Shown here one piece after another: positions 28,290 to 37,251 of a stretch of 42,511 nucleotides of DNA (position 1 is the first letter of the stretch; every line of letters starts with the position of its first letter). Below the pieces are notes generated by a model, which was not told the DNA's origin, searched no databases, and saw only the letters and a program-made list of their open reading frames with translations. Source of the DNA: a bacterium (lineage in GTDB: Bacteria; DUMJ01); NCBI GenBank assembly GCA_049970495.1, contig JBMFMV010000008.1, positions 1-42,511 of the forward strand, in the 5' to 3' direction. The position numbers and the translations under genes are program-made.

Positions 28290-29498
28290 TTACAAAGAAT
28301 ACTCCTCTTCTACCTTCCTGAAAACCTCTATTGTATAGTTAATCTCTCTTTCTGTCCACCCTTCATGAAGATACAAGGTCATATGATCCGCTAGCGCCTT
28401 CTCGGCATTCGGACAACAGTTCGTATAATCTATCTTCCTTGCTCCCGGTATAGACCAGGGATACTGAGAAGTTCCATATGTAACTCTATTCTTTATCCAA
28501 TACTGATTATAGATGGGGACTACATAATGGGCTCCTACTGGCAGTCCATATTCTACCAGAACCCTAGCGATCTCCTCTTTATTTATTCTTACATACTCCT
28601 TATTAAATCTGATAAATGCAAACCAAGGGTTCGGCTCAGTCCCATCTATGAATTTCCAGAGCTTAAATGCTTTAAGTTTAGATAAGCCTTCTCTTAACTT
28701 CTCTACTATCCACTGCCTCTTTTTCTTTATATCGGCAAGTTTTGTGAGCTGAACCCTACCTATAGCAGCTTGAAGTTCAGTCATCCTGTAGTTTAGACCT
28801 AAGAAGAGGTTAGTTGTCTCTGTAGAGTTGAATGGTTTTCCCCTATCTGAGAATCTTTTGGTGTTCCAGTATAGTTCCTCATTATTCGTTATGACCATCC
28901 CACCCTGTCCACCGGCATTCATATGTTTTCCAGCCATAAGACTGAATGCAGCTAGATCTCCAAATGTTCCAACATATCTGCCCTTATATTTTGCTCCGTG
29001 AGCCTGTGCACAATCTTCTATCACGTAGAGATTATACTTTTTAGCTATCTCCATTATTGGGTCCATATCACAGGGTTGACCAGCCAAATGGACAACAATG
29101 ATGGCCTTTGTCTTTTCAGTAATGTTCTTCTCTATAGACTCAGGGGACAGATTGAGAGTCTCATAATCAACATCTGCAAATATCGGAATACAGTTTTGCA
29201 TAAGTATAGGGGCAACAGTCCCAGGATCGGTAATAGGTGTAGTTATAATCTCACTACCAGGTTCAAGTCTTAGAGCTCCAATTGCAGAGTGTATAGCCGC
29301 AGTTCCAGAACTTACCGCAGCTGCAAATTTTACCCCAAAGTAATCGGCAAATTCTCTCTCATAAGAGGTGACTTCTGGACCTTTTCCATAGAGATCTATA
29401 GCTTCAGGACCAGTCATTGTCTTTTCCACTACCCTTAGGATAGCAGTCTTTTCCCTCTCATCGAATATAATCCTATGTGGAAAAGTTATCTTTTCCAT
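28290..29498 (-). CDS. DegT/DnrJ/EryC1/StrS PLP aminotransferase (copy 1)
   Basis: SSGTAA, IEDCAQAHG, FSLMAGKH (PLP Lys), NYRMTELQAA. ATG 29498 follows AGGAGG. Confidence 0.92.
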   Translation of the reverse strand: MEKITFPHRIIFDEREKTAILRVVEKTMTGPEAIDLYGKGPEVTSYEREFADYFGVKFAAAVSSGTAAIHSAIGALRLEPGSEIITTPITDPGTVAPILMQNCIPIFADVDYETLNLSPESIEKNITEKTKAIIVVHLAGQPCDMDPIMEIAKKYNLYVIEDCAQAHGAKYKGRYVGTFGDLAAFSLMAGKHMNAGGQGGMVITNNEELYWNTKRFSDRGKPFNSTETTNLFLGLNYRMTELQAAIGRVQLTKLADIKKKRQWIVEKLREGLSKLKAFKLWKFIDGTEPNPWFAFIRFNKEYVRINKEEIARVLVEYGLPVGAHYVVPIYNQYWIKNRVTYGTSQYPWSIPGARKIDYTNCCPNAEKALADHMTLYLHEGWTEREINYTIEVFRKVEEEYSL

Positions 29499-29499
29499 T

Positions 29500-31671
29500 T
29501 TATACCTCCTCAAGTTTAATAATATCAAACTCTTTCAATAAAGGTATCATAAAACTGACATTTCCATTAATACGTTTAAATCGTATATTAGTCCTACTGC
29601 TTACAGAATAGATATTTTTTATAGAACTATCTCTAATAGAGATCTCTATATTATTCGCAGGATTTATATAGCTTATTGGTCTTTGCATGTCACCAGTATT
29701 GTTTACTAAGAACAATATAAGTCTGTTAGTATTTTTCTGTCTATATAACTCAACCTCTACAGTAGGTGGTCCAGAGACCCTTATCATTGGTTCTCTTGAG
29801 TAATTGATGCTAGACTTTATTAGTTGCTCTTGAGTTCCAATCCTTTCAGAACCATAAAATGTCCCTATAGGAAATGCAAAATAGATTACTCTTCCCCTGC
29901 CATAACTATTGATTATAACTGCAGGATAACTACTCTCACCTTTAAGAGCGGTATATACCCTCTCTAGTGGGTTCATAAAGAAAAATGGGGTATGGGCCCC
30001 TTCTAGTGCCTTTACCTTTAAGGCATAAGGAGATCTCTCTATAAGATTCTCCTTATTAAAGCCAAAGATATCCTCTTTAGCTATTATATAATTCTCGCCT
30101 CTAATAGCAGGAAACACCCCTTCTATCTCCCTAATCCCTAGGAGTCTTAATCTCTTCTCTGTAAAATTTGGTTCCCCTTTTTCGTCATAGAGCCCAGCAT
30201 CAAAAGATGTTATTAGGGAACCTCCTTCTCTTACAAATTCCTCAATTTCCCTCCACTGTCTATCACTTAGGCAGGCAAAGTCGGGAATTACAAGGACCTT
30301 ATATTTTGATAACCTTTCCAGTGATAGGTCCTCATCTAGTATGATATCGAACATTATATGATTCCTAGTTAATGCGGTAAAGTATCCCTCATAGGCAAAA
30401 CTCATTAGATTCTCACAGATTAGTTTCCTCTTACTCCAATCTATCACTGTCTTACCTGTCCCTAGGTCAAGGATAAGGTCTTGCTCTCTACCACTTCCTA
30501 AGTCTTTGTATAACTCTGTTATATTTGATATGTAGTATCTAGCGGTCTGAGAGGAGAAAAGTAGCGCGGTATCAGAGAGAGGTTCTAGGTCTACTAGATA
30601 ATCCTCGTTCTCTTCTAAAAATCCTAGTGCATCGTTTAAAGGCTTACATCCTTCTGGATTATACTCATGTCTATAAGTAGATCCACCTATCCATACATTT
30701 CCGTTACAGCTTATTGCTTGAAATATAGATAGCTTTATCTCTTCAGGATTTAGAAAAGTATAATGCCAAGGGCCCATACAATAGTGAAAAGCAGTTACTA
30801 CTGGGATTCCCGTAGCTCTTAAATATTTTGTTGTTATAGCAGACTGATATAGATTTATCCTTCCAGCAGATGGATGGAAGAACGCTTCAGCTAGAGAAAA
30901 ATTTTGGTATCTAGATAACCTCTTTGCATCCCTAGCTACCCTCCAACTTCCAGGTTGCCACGAACCGGCATTTAAAAATATAACTCCTTCAGGATTTATC
31001 TTGGAAACAACCTTTTTGGCGTCCCTTAGAAAGTCTACCATAGAATCTTCCCTAAACTCAATAAATGTTTTCCAAAGGGGATCCTGCCAATCCTCCTTAG
31101 GAATATCTTTACCATATTTTCCTTTGAACTTCTTTTGACAGGACTCACAGTAACAACAATCGGGATATATTACCGGACCATCTAGGAATACTCCATCAAC
31201 ACCAGTCTTCATTGTCTCTTCTATCAGCTTAAAAGCCCAATCTCTCCATGATGAATTGACACAGAATGTTGTTCCATTACCGTAGAGTGGGTGAACCTTT
31301 CCATACGGTTCTCCGTTAGACATTATCTGTTCCCACCCTGGATGATCTTCTGCAAACTTATAACTAAACCAGTGCATATTTAGATATACTAGTAATCTTA
31401 TGCCATACTTTCTTGCATATGGTAGGTATGACCTGAGGGAATCGAAGTCTTCAAATCCTGGATATCTATCAAAACCTTCGGCATTAAATGTTGTTAGATA
31501 ACCTAGACCGGGAGAGATACCAGGGGTTCCTACAATCCATTCACAGTTTATATGCAATTTTTCTTTCTTCATTCGGACAAGACTATCTAAATCTTCACCT
31601 TTTATCTGAGAGAAATCATTCATATAATCCCATCTCATCATCCTTAAAGGCCTTTGCCACCAATGACTCAT
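29500..31671 (-). CDS. Putative glycoside hydrolase: GHL6/GH42-like TIM barrel plus beta-galactosidase trimerisation-like domain
   Basis: GVDGVFLDGP, CYCESC, LERLSKYKVLVIPDFACLSD, FVREGG, YGRGRVIY. ATG 31671 follows GGAGG; no signal peptide. Confidence 0.72.
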   Translation of the reverse strand: MSHWWQRPLRMMRWDYMNDFSQIKGEDLDSLVRMKKEKLHINCEWIVGTPGISPGLGYLTTFNAEGFDRYPGFEDFDSLRSYLPYARKYGIRLLVYLNMHWFSYKFAEDHPGWEQIMSNGEPYGKVHPLYGNGTTFCVNSSWRDWAFKLIEETMKTGVDGVFLDGPVIYPDCCYCESCQKKFKGKYGKDIPKEDWQDPLWKTFIEFREDSMVDFLRDAKKVVSKINPEGVIFLNAGSWQPGSWRVARDAKRLSRYQNFSLAEAFFHPSAGRINLYQSAITTKYLRATGIPVVTAFHYCMGPWHYTFLNPEEIKLSIFQAISCNGNVWIGGSTYRHEYNPEGCKPLNDALGFLEENEDYLVDLEPLSDTALLFSSQTARYYISNITELYKDLGSGREQDLILDLGTGKTVIDWSKRKLICENLMSFAYEGYFTALTRNHIMFDIILDEDLSLERLSKYKVLVIPDFACLSDRQWREIEEFVREGGSLITSFDAGLYDEKGEPNFTEKRLRLLGIREIEGVFPAIRGENYIIAKEDIFGFNKENLIERSPYALKVKALEGAHTPFFFMNPLERVYTALKGESSYPAVIINSYGRGRVIYFAFPIGTFYGSERIGTQEQLIKSSINYSREPMIRVSGPPTVEVELYRQKNTNRLILFLVNNTGDMQRPISYINPANNIEISIRDSSIKNIYSVSSRTNIRFKRINGNVSFMIPLLKEFDIIKLEEV

Positions 31672-31699
31672 AACAGCCTCCATTTTTAAATTTATAGTT

Positions 31700-31728
31700 A
31701 TAATAACACTCTACCCTAACATTGTCAA
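31700..31728 (-). promoter_or_regulatory. Sigma70 promoter for the leftward arm (GH-DegT-Gfo...)
   Basis: Minus strand TTGACA (31728-31723), 17 nt, TATTAT (31705-31700) with extended TG. Confidence 0.7.
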
Positions 31729-31760
31729 TTATTCTAGCTGCAAATAACCTTAAAGGCTAC

Positions 31761-31788
31761 TTGACTTTTGACTATATAAAGATATAAT
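31761..31788 (+). promoter_or_regulatory. Sigma70 promoter for the rightward arm (M55...)
   Basis: TTGACT (31761-31766), 16 nt, TATAAT (31783-31788). Confidence 0.65.
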
Positions 31789-31821
31789 TCTTATGTAAAT
31801 TTAATAATTCTGGAGGTATCT

Positions 31822-32622
31822 ATGAGATTCTATATTGTAACAGACTTAGAAGGGGTGGAAGGTGTAGTGCTTCCTGTCCAAACAGAATTAGGGAATCCTA
31901 TGTATGAAAAGGCTAGAAGACTCCTGACTAGGGAAGTAAACATAGTAGTAGAAACTCTAAACAGCCTCGGGGTAGAAGAGATAGTTGTCTTAGATGGGCA
32001 TGGTGCTAACCAGGCTTATAATCTAGTCTATGAAGAACTTACCGAAGGTGCAAAATATATTATGGGTTCCCCCTGGCCCAATTACCTGCCGATGCTTACT
32101 TCAAATTTTGATGGACTGATACTTTTAGGAGCCCATGCTATGGCAGGGACTAAAGGAGCAGTCTTAGACCATACCATGTCATCTAGGGCATGGAGAGGGG
32201 CATATATCAATGCTATTCCGGTAGGAGAGATAGGTATCGCTTCCTTCTATGCTGGTTCTTTGGGTGTTCCTTTAGTCTTTGTCTCTGGAGATGATAATGC
32301 TTGCCTTGAGGCAAAAAACTTGGTAAGTAATATAGAGACTGCAATAACTAAGTATGGACTCACTAGGACTTCTGCAGTTATGCTACCGCCAGTTACGGTA
32401 GAGAAAAATATAGAGTCTGCCCTAAAAAGAGTAGTAGAAAAGTGTAAGGAAATAGAACCTTTAAAACTTAATGGACCGGTGAATTTTAAAATAGAATTTC
32501 TTTTAGCAGAACATGCTCAGAGGTACTGGAATAAGGAGGGTGTTACGCTTTTAGACTCTCGGACAGTGGTTTTTACTGGAAAAGATGCTAGAGAGGCTAT
32601 AGAAAGGTGGTTTTCAATATGA
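31822..32622 (+). CDS. M55 family D-aminopeptidase (DppA-like)
   Basis: TDLEG (DxE), DGHG, GAHAMAG..VLDHT, GE, VSGDD. Confidence 0.9.
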   Translation: MRFYIVTDLEGVEGVVLPVQTELGNPMYEKARRLLTREVNIVVETLNSLGVEEIVVLDGHGANQAYNLVYEELTEGAKYIMGSPWPNYLPMLTSNFDGLILLGAHAMAGTKGAVLDHTMSSRAWRGAYINAIPVGEIGIASFYAGSLGVPLVFVSGDDNACLEAKNLVSNIETAITKYGLTRTSAVMLPPVTVEKNIESALKRVVEKCKEIEPLKLNGPVNFKIEFLLAEHAQRYWNKEGVTLLDSRTVVFTGKDAREAIERWFSI

Positions 32623-33341
32623 AGATGCTAGATGCAAATACTAGCTTTGGTTTCTATCCATATAGGAACCTAGATGCATCTCTAGATTCCCTAAAGAATA
32701 TTCTAGGATCTTATCAGGCTAAGGCACTTTCCCTATCTCTAAAAGGGGTATTCTATGATGCAATAGAAGGTAACGAGGAAACCTTGAAACTTCTTAAAAA
32801 TGAAGATAGTATATATCCAGTGGCGACCTATGATCCTAGGGCTTATCCAAAAGGTGTAGAATATTTAGAGAGATCAAAGACAAAGGGATTTTTAGCAATC
32901 GCCTTCTTTCCAAGATTGCAGGGTTGGGTTATAGACTTTGCACCATTTAGAGAAGTCCTTGAGATATTGAAAGACGAAAATCTACCTATAATTGTACATA
33001 TATCTGGTTATGGAGAAATGACAAAACTCTCTTCTCTAGCGAAGGAATTAAAGAATCCATTTATAGTAGTAGGATTTAACTACAGTAATCTCTCAGAGGC
33101 TATAGCGGTTATGAGAAGGATAGAAAACATATATATAGAATCTCATCTTCTTAACAGTCCAGATGCCCTAGAGTACCTCAAGAGATATATTGGTATTACT
33201 CGGGTTATCTTTGGATCAGGTACGCCTTTACTTTCATTCGAGACAGCCTTAGATGTTATAAAGGCAAGCTCTCTTTCCGATGATGAAAAGGAGAGTGTCT
33301 TAAGTAAAAATCTTGAAGGAATTCTAGGAGTGAAACTATGA
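32619..33341 (+). CDS. Amidohydrolase-fold protein lacking canonical metal ligands
   Basis: DANTSFG in place of DxHxH, FFP in place of KLHP, FGSGTP in place of FGSD; ATG overlaps the M55 stop (ATGA). Confidence 0.75.
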   Translation: MKMLDANTSFGFYPYRNLDASLDSLKNILGSYQAKALSLSLKGVFYDAIEGNEETLKLLKNEDSIYPVATYDPRAYPKGVEYLERSKTKGFLAIAFFPRLQGWVIDFAPFREVLEILKDENLPIIVHISGYGEMTKLSSLAKELKNPFIVVGFNYSNLSEAIAVMRRIENIYIESHLLNSPDALEYLKRYIGITRVIFGSGTPLLSFETALDVIKASSLSDDEKESVLSKNLEGILGVKL

Positions 33342-34075
33342 TTATAGATGTCCACTGTCACTATGGAGCTTGGCCCTTTGCGATAGATAATTTTGATATA
33401 AATAGGATAAAAGAGTATCTAGATAGATTCAATGTTATCAAGGCTATTTTTTCTTCATCTAAAGCTATAGTTTATGATTTTAGAGAAGGAAATAGAGATT
33501 TGATAGAATTTCTAGAGAAGGACGAAAGATTCTATGGGTATCTAGTCCTAAATCCAAACTATCTAGAAGAGTCTATAGGTGAGGTAAATAGATATTTAGA
33601 TAATGAAAAAATTGTTGGGATAAAACTTCATCCGGCATATTCTAAGATCAGCCTAGACGATGAGAGGACAGTAAAGATTATTGAGCAGTTTTCAGCCACT
33701 AGACTTATATACCTTATTCATACATGGGGGGGGTCTATGGCTGTCCAGCTTACTAAGTTAGCAAGGAGCTTTCCTAGTGTTTGTTTTATTATGGGGCATA
33801 CAGGTGGGGATGTCTGGTTTGATTGTCTAGAGATAGTAAAGCCGTATCCAAATATATATGTTGAACCCTGTTCGAGCTATGCAGATAGAGATAAGGTTAG
33901 GATGAGTATAGACACTGTTGGGTTAGAGAGGGTGTTGTTTGGTACAGACTTTACACTAATAAATCCTGCATTCGTTATTGGGATGGTTGAATGCGGTGGA
34001 CTTACAGAAGAAGAAAAATCTTTTATTTACTATAAAAATTCAATGAAACTTCTAGAAGGAGGTAAAAATGCCTAA
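33338..34075 (+). CDS. Amidohydrolase family protein (Amidohydro_2-like), ligands intact
   Basis: IIDVHCH, GIKLHP, LIHT, MGHTGG, LFGTDF. Confidence 0.9.
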   Translation: MIIDVHCHYGAWPFAIDNFDINRIKEYLDRFNVIKAIFSSSKAIVYDFREGNRDLIEFLEKDERFYGYLVLNPNYLEESIGEVNRYLDNEKIVGIKLHPAYSKISLDDERTVKIIEQFSATRLIYLIHTWGGSMAVQLTKLARSFPSVCFIMGHTGGDVWFDCLEIVKPYPNIYVEPCSSYADRDKVRMSIDTVGLERVLFGTDFTLINPAFVIGMVECGGLTEEEKSFIYYKNSMKLLEGGKNA

Positions 34076-34901
34076 GATAGGAGCACTAGGTTTATCAATG
34101 GGGAGATACACATTTGAGGAATTCTTGGAATATGCTAGTTCTACAGGCTTTGACGGTATAGAGATCTCTACTTCGCCTGGAGTACACAAGAGTAGCCTTC
34201 CATTGACATTCGAGAATGTACCTAAGATAAAAGAGCTACTAAAGAAATACAATCTTGAACCCTTTGCAGTATCAGGCTATAACGACTTTGTCCAAAAAGA
34301 TATGGAAGAGTTAACCAAACAGATTGAAAAATTAGAAAATACATGTAGGCTAGCCAAAGAGGTTTCTGCCAAAGTTGTTAGGGCTTTCGGTGGTGAGCCT
34401 AAAGAAGGGATAAGTAAGAAGGATGCTATAAAGCTTATAATAGAAGGCTTTAAAGAGATGGTAAAGAGGGCAGAAAAGTTAGGAATAGTCTTAGGGTTAG
34501 AGAATCACGGAGATCTTACCAATGATGCTAGAGTAGAACTGGAGATACTAGAGGCGGTAGGATCAGATTATCTAAGACTTACAGTAGACACCTCAAACTA
34601 TTACTGGTATGGTAATAGTCTAAAGGATATAGAAGAGTTCTTCAAGTTAGTTGCACCTTACACCATTCATACGCATCTAAAGGATGGGAGCACAAAGAAT
34701 GGTATAAAGGATAACTATATATCACTGGCTCTTGGAGAAGGGGAGATAAATCTAAGATTATTCTTAGAGGAACTCAAAAAGAACGGTTATAAGAATCCTC
34801 TCTGTATAGAGTATGAAGGACTTGAAGACTCTAAGATTGGCCTTAAGAAAGGTTTGGATTGGTTAAGAAATATACTAAAAGAGATTGGATGGGAGGGTTA
34901 A
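34068..34901 (+). CDS. Sugar phosphate isomerase/epimerase (AP_endonuc_2 TIM barrel)
   Basis: GFDGIEI, LGLENHG, VDTSN, HTHLKD, LGEGEI, IEYEG. Confidence 0.9.
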   Translation: MPKIGALGLSMGRYTFEEFLEYASSTGFDGIEISTSPGVHKSSLPLTFENVPKIKELLKKYNLEPFAVSGYNDFVQKDMEELTKQIEKLENTCRLAKEVSAKVVRAFGGEPKEGISKKDAIKLIIEGFKEMVKRAEKLGIVLGLENHGDLTNDARVELEILEAVGSDYLRLTVDTSNYYWYGNSLKDIEEFFKLVAPYTIHTHLKDGSTKNGIKDNYISLALGEGEINLRLFLEELKKNGYKNPLCIEYEGLEDSKIGLKKGLDWLRNILKEIGWEG

Positions 34902-34904
34902 ATT

Positions 34905-36107
34905 ATGAAACTTGCCATCAATGGTGGTAATCCTGTAAGAACAAAGCCATTTACAAAGTGGCCTATCTTTGATGAGAGAGAAGAAAAGGCATTAATAGAG
35001 GTTTTAAGAAGTGGACACTGGGGTAGGATTTCTGGTAAGAAGAATGAAGAATTTGAGGAAAGATTTAGTAAGTTTGTGGGTGCAAGCTATGGTGTTACTT
35101 GCGTAAATGGAACAGCAGCCTTGGAGATAGCCCTAAGGGCTATGAATATAGGAAAAGGAGACGAGGTAATCGTCCCTGCATACACATTTATAGCTACTGC
35201 TAGTGCCTGCATACTAGTTGGAGCAGACCCTGTATTTGTAGATATAGACCCTAATACGTACAATATAGACCCAAAGTGTATAGAGCAGGCTATAACTACC
35301 AAGACAAAGGCAATTATTGCGGTTCATATTGGTGGTTGCCCGGCAAATATGGATGAAATAATACGTATAGCAAGAAAGTATAATTTGCTTGTTATAGAAG
35401 ATGCTGCTCAGGCTCATGGGGCAGAATGGAGAGGGAAAAAGGTTGGTTCTATTGGAGACATAGCAACATTTAGTTTCCAAGCGTCAAAGAACATAAATGC
35501 AGGTGAGGGTGGAATAGTTACTACAAACAATAAGAAGTTTGCTGATATGGCATGGTCTCTTATGAATGTTGGTAGGGTCAAAGAGGGTGGATGGTATGAT
35601 CATCCTATACTCGGTTGGAACTATAGGATGACTGAATTCCAGGCGGCAATACTCCTTGTTCAGATGGAAAGGATAGAAGAGCAGATGAAAAAGAGGGAGG
35701 AAAATGCTAAATATCTGGCCGATGGCTTGAGAAAGATAGGAGGGGTAGAGCCTCTTGTCCCAGACGAGGGGGTTACAAGGCATGCATATCATCTCTTTAT
35801 ATTCAGATACAATAAGGATGAGTTTAAAGGGGTAAAGAGAGAGACATTTATAAAGGCTCTCAGTGCAGAAGGTATACCTGCTAGTCTAGGGTATGTTCCT
35901 CTATATAAATTCCCAGCAATCTTAGACTGGCCATACAAGGAGAGAGCCTATAGAGATATCTATCTTCCTATTACAGAAAAAGCATGCTACGAAGAAGGAA
36001 TCTGGTTGTCTCAGAACATCTTACTTGGTTCAAAGGAAGATATGGACGATATACTTACAGCAATATCCAAGATAAAGGAAAACATAGATGAACTAAGAGA
36101 GGCGTAA
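34905..36107 (+). CDS. DegT/DnrJ/EryC1/StrS PLP aminotransferase (copy 2; BtrR/RifK-like motif set)
   Basis: KLAINGG, VNGTAAL, YTFIATA, IEDAAQAHG, FSFQASKNINAGEGG, NYRMTEFQAA. Confidence 0.93.
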   Translation: MKLAINGGNPVRTKPFTKWPIFDEREEKALIEVLRSGHWGRISGKKNEEFEERFSKFVGASYGVTCVNGTAALEIALRAMNIGKGDEVIVPAYTFIATASACILVGADPVFVDIDPNTYNIDPKCIEQAITTKTKAIIAVHIGGCPANMDEIIRIARKYNLLVIEDAAQAHGAEWRGKKVGSIGDIATFSFQASKNINAGEGGIVTTNNKKFADMAWSLMNVGRVKEGGWYDHPILGWNYRMTEFQAAILLVQMERIEEQMKKREENAKYLADGLRKIGGVEPLVPDEGVTRHAYHLFIFRYNKDEFKGVKRETFIKALSAEGIPASLGYVPLYKFPAILDWPYKERAYRDIYLPITEKACYEEGIWLSQNILLGSKEDMDDILTAISKIKENIDELREA

Positions 36108-36108
36108 C

Positions 36109-37251
36109 ATAAATAACGAGATCATATTCTTTCTTATAGGTGGACTCCTATTTCTTGGTTCAGGAGCTACACAACCTTATATAGTTCCATATCTCAAGGG
36201 TCTGGGATACTCATCCTCTATAGCTAGTCTAGTAATAGCTGTCATCTACATATCCCAGATCCCCTTTAGATTCTTTATACATAGGCTAGAGAGGTCATTT
36301 GGTCAGATACCGGTAGTATTTATAGGTATCGGAGGTTATGCCCTTTACTCATTTATCTTTGCACTTGGGAGTAACTTGTGGCAATTCTTTCTAGCAACTA
36401 GCATACTTGGTTTTTCCTCAGCACTTTTTTGGACCTCTGGGGTTGTTCTCCTTTTAAATAATACAAGTACAGAAAGGTATGGAAGGGCAGTAGGAGCTTT
36501 GTATGCTGGGGTAGGATTTGGTACTGCGATAGGTGTATTATGGCTTAATAAGATTCTTGCTGTTTTTGGTGGTAAGGTTATGTTTTCTCTGGCGGGGATT
36601 CCTCCAATTATAGGACTTCTACTTTTATCTAAGTTAAGACTCGATAATGTAGTTGTATCAAAGCCTATAACATTTAGTTCTTTAAGAGAAATAGCAACAA
36701 AAGAGACGTTTATGGTTAGTATACTCCTATTTATAAGTTCATTCTCTTATGGAATAGTCTACAGCGGTTTTAGTATCCTAATAAGCAGAGAGATAGGTTT
36801 AGCATGGATAGGGGTACTATCTATCTCGTTTTATCTCCTAAAATCCTTATTCAGTAGGATTGGTGGAGGCATCTCAGACTTTTTGGGAAGAAGATTCTCA
36901 TTTATCATAAGCTTTATTTTTGGTGCCCTAGCCAGCCTTATGTTAGGATTAGCTAAATCCTCTATAGCATTTATTATATCTGGTGCTCTCCTGGGTTTTC
37001 AGGTTTCAACAGTATCTGTAAATGCTAATGCATGGATAGCTGATATGGCAGGCTTAAGTGATAGGTCAAACTATATGGCATTTATCTTTACATTTAATGC
37101 ATTAGGGGTAGCAATATCGCTTCTAGCTAGCGGGTATTTGCTAAGTACTTCAGAAAGGACTTTTACTGCATTTATCTCATTTACATTATTAAACATTACC
37201 GCGATAATAATATCATTCTTTGCTGGTAGGAGGGAGACTGTCTATGCTTAA
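36109..37251 (+). CDS. MFS transporter, about 380 aa, apparent ATA start (ORF track's TTG 36376 gives a truncated protein)
   Basis: Frame is open from 36097; 36109-36375 adds three hydrophobic helices; GAGAGG lies 6 nt before ATA. Motif A GGISDFLGRR in the second half. Confidence 0.8.
   Translation: MNNEIIFFLIGGLLFLGSGATQPYIVPYLKGLGYSSSIASLVIAVIYISQIPFRFFIHRLERSFGQIPVVFIGIGGYALYSFIFALGSNLWQFFLATSILGFSSALFWTSGVVLLLNNTSTERYGRAVGALYAGVGFGTAIGVLWLNKILAVFGGKVMFSLAGIPPIIGLLLLSKLRLDNVVVSKPITFSSLREIATKETFMVSILLFISSFSYGIVYSGFSILISREIGLAWIGVLSISFYLLKSLFSRIGGGISDFLGRRFSFIISFIFGALASLMLGLAKSSIAFIISGALLGFQVSTVSVNANAWIADMAGLSDRSNYMAFIFTFNALGVAISLLASGYLLSTSERTFTAFISFTLLNITAIIISFFAGRRETVYA

Noticed and set aside
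29499..29528. ORF-track N-terminal extensions (29528, also 17402, 27093, 31683, 32607, 37220)
   Set aside because: Downstream starts have properly spaced Shine-Dalgarno sequences and match family N-termini.
27243..36107. O-antigen/capsule biosynthesis cluster (suggested by DegT and Gfo genes)
   Set aside because: No glycosyltransferase, nucleotidyltransferase, dehydratase, Wzx or Wzy; hydrolases dominate.
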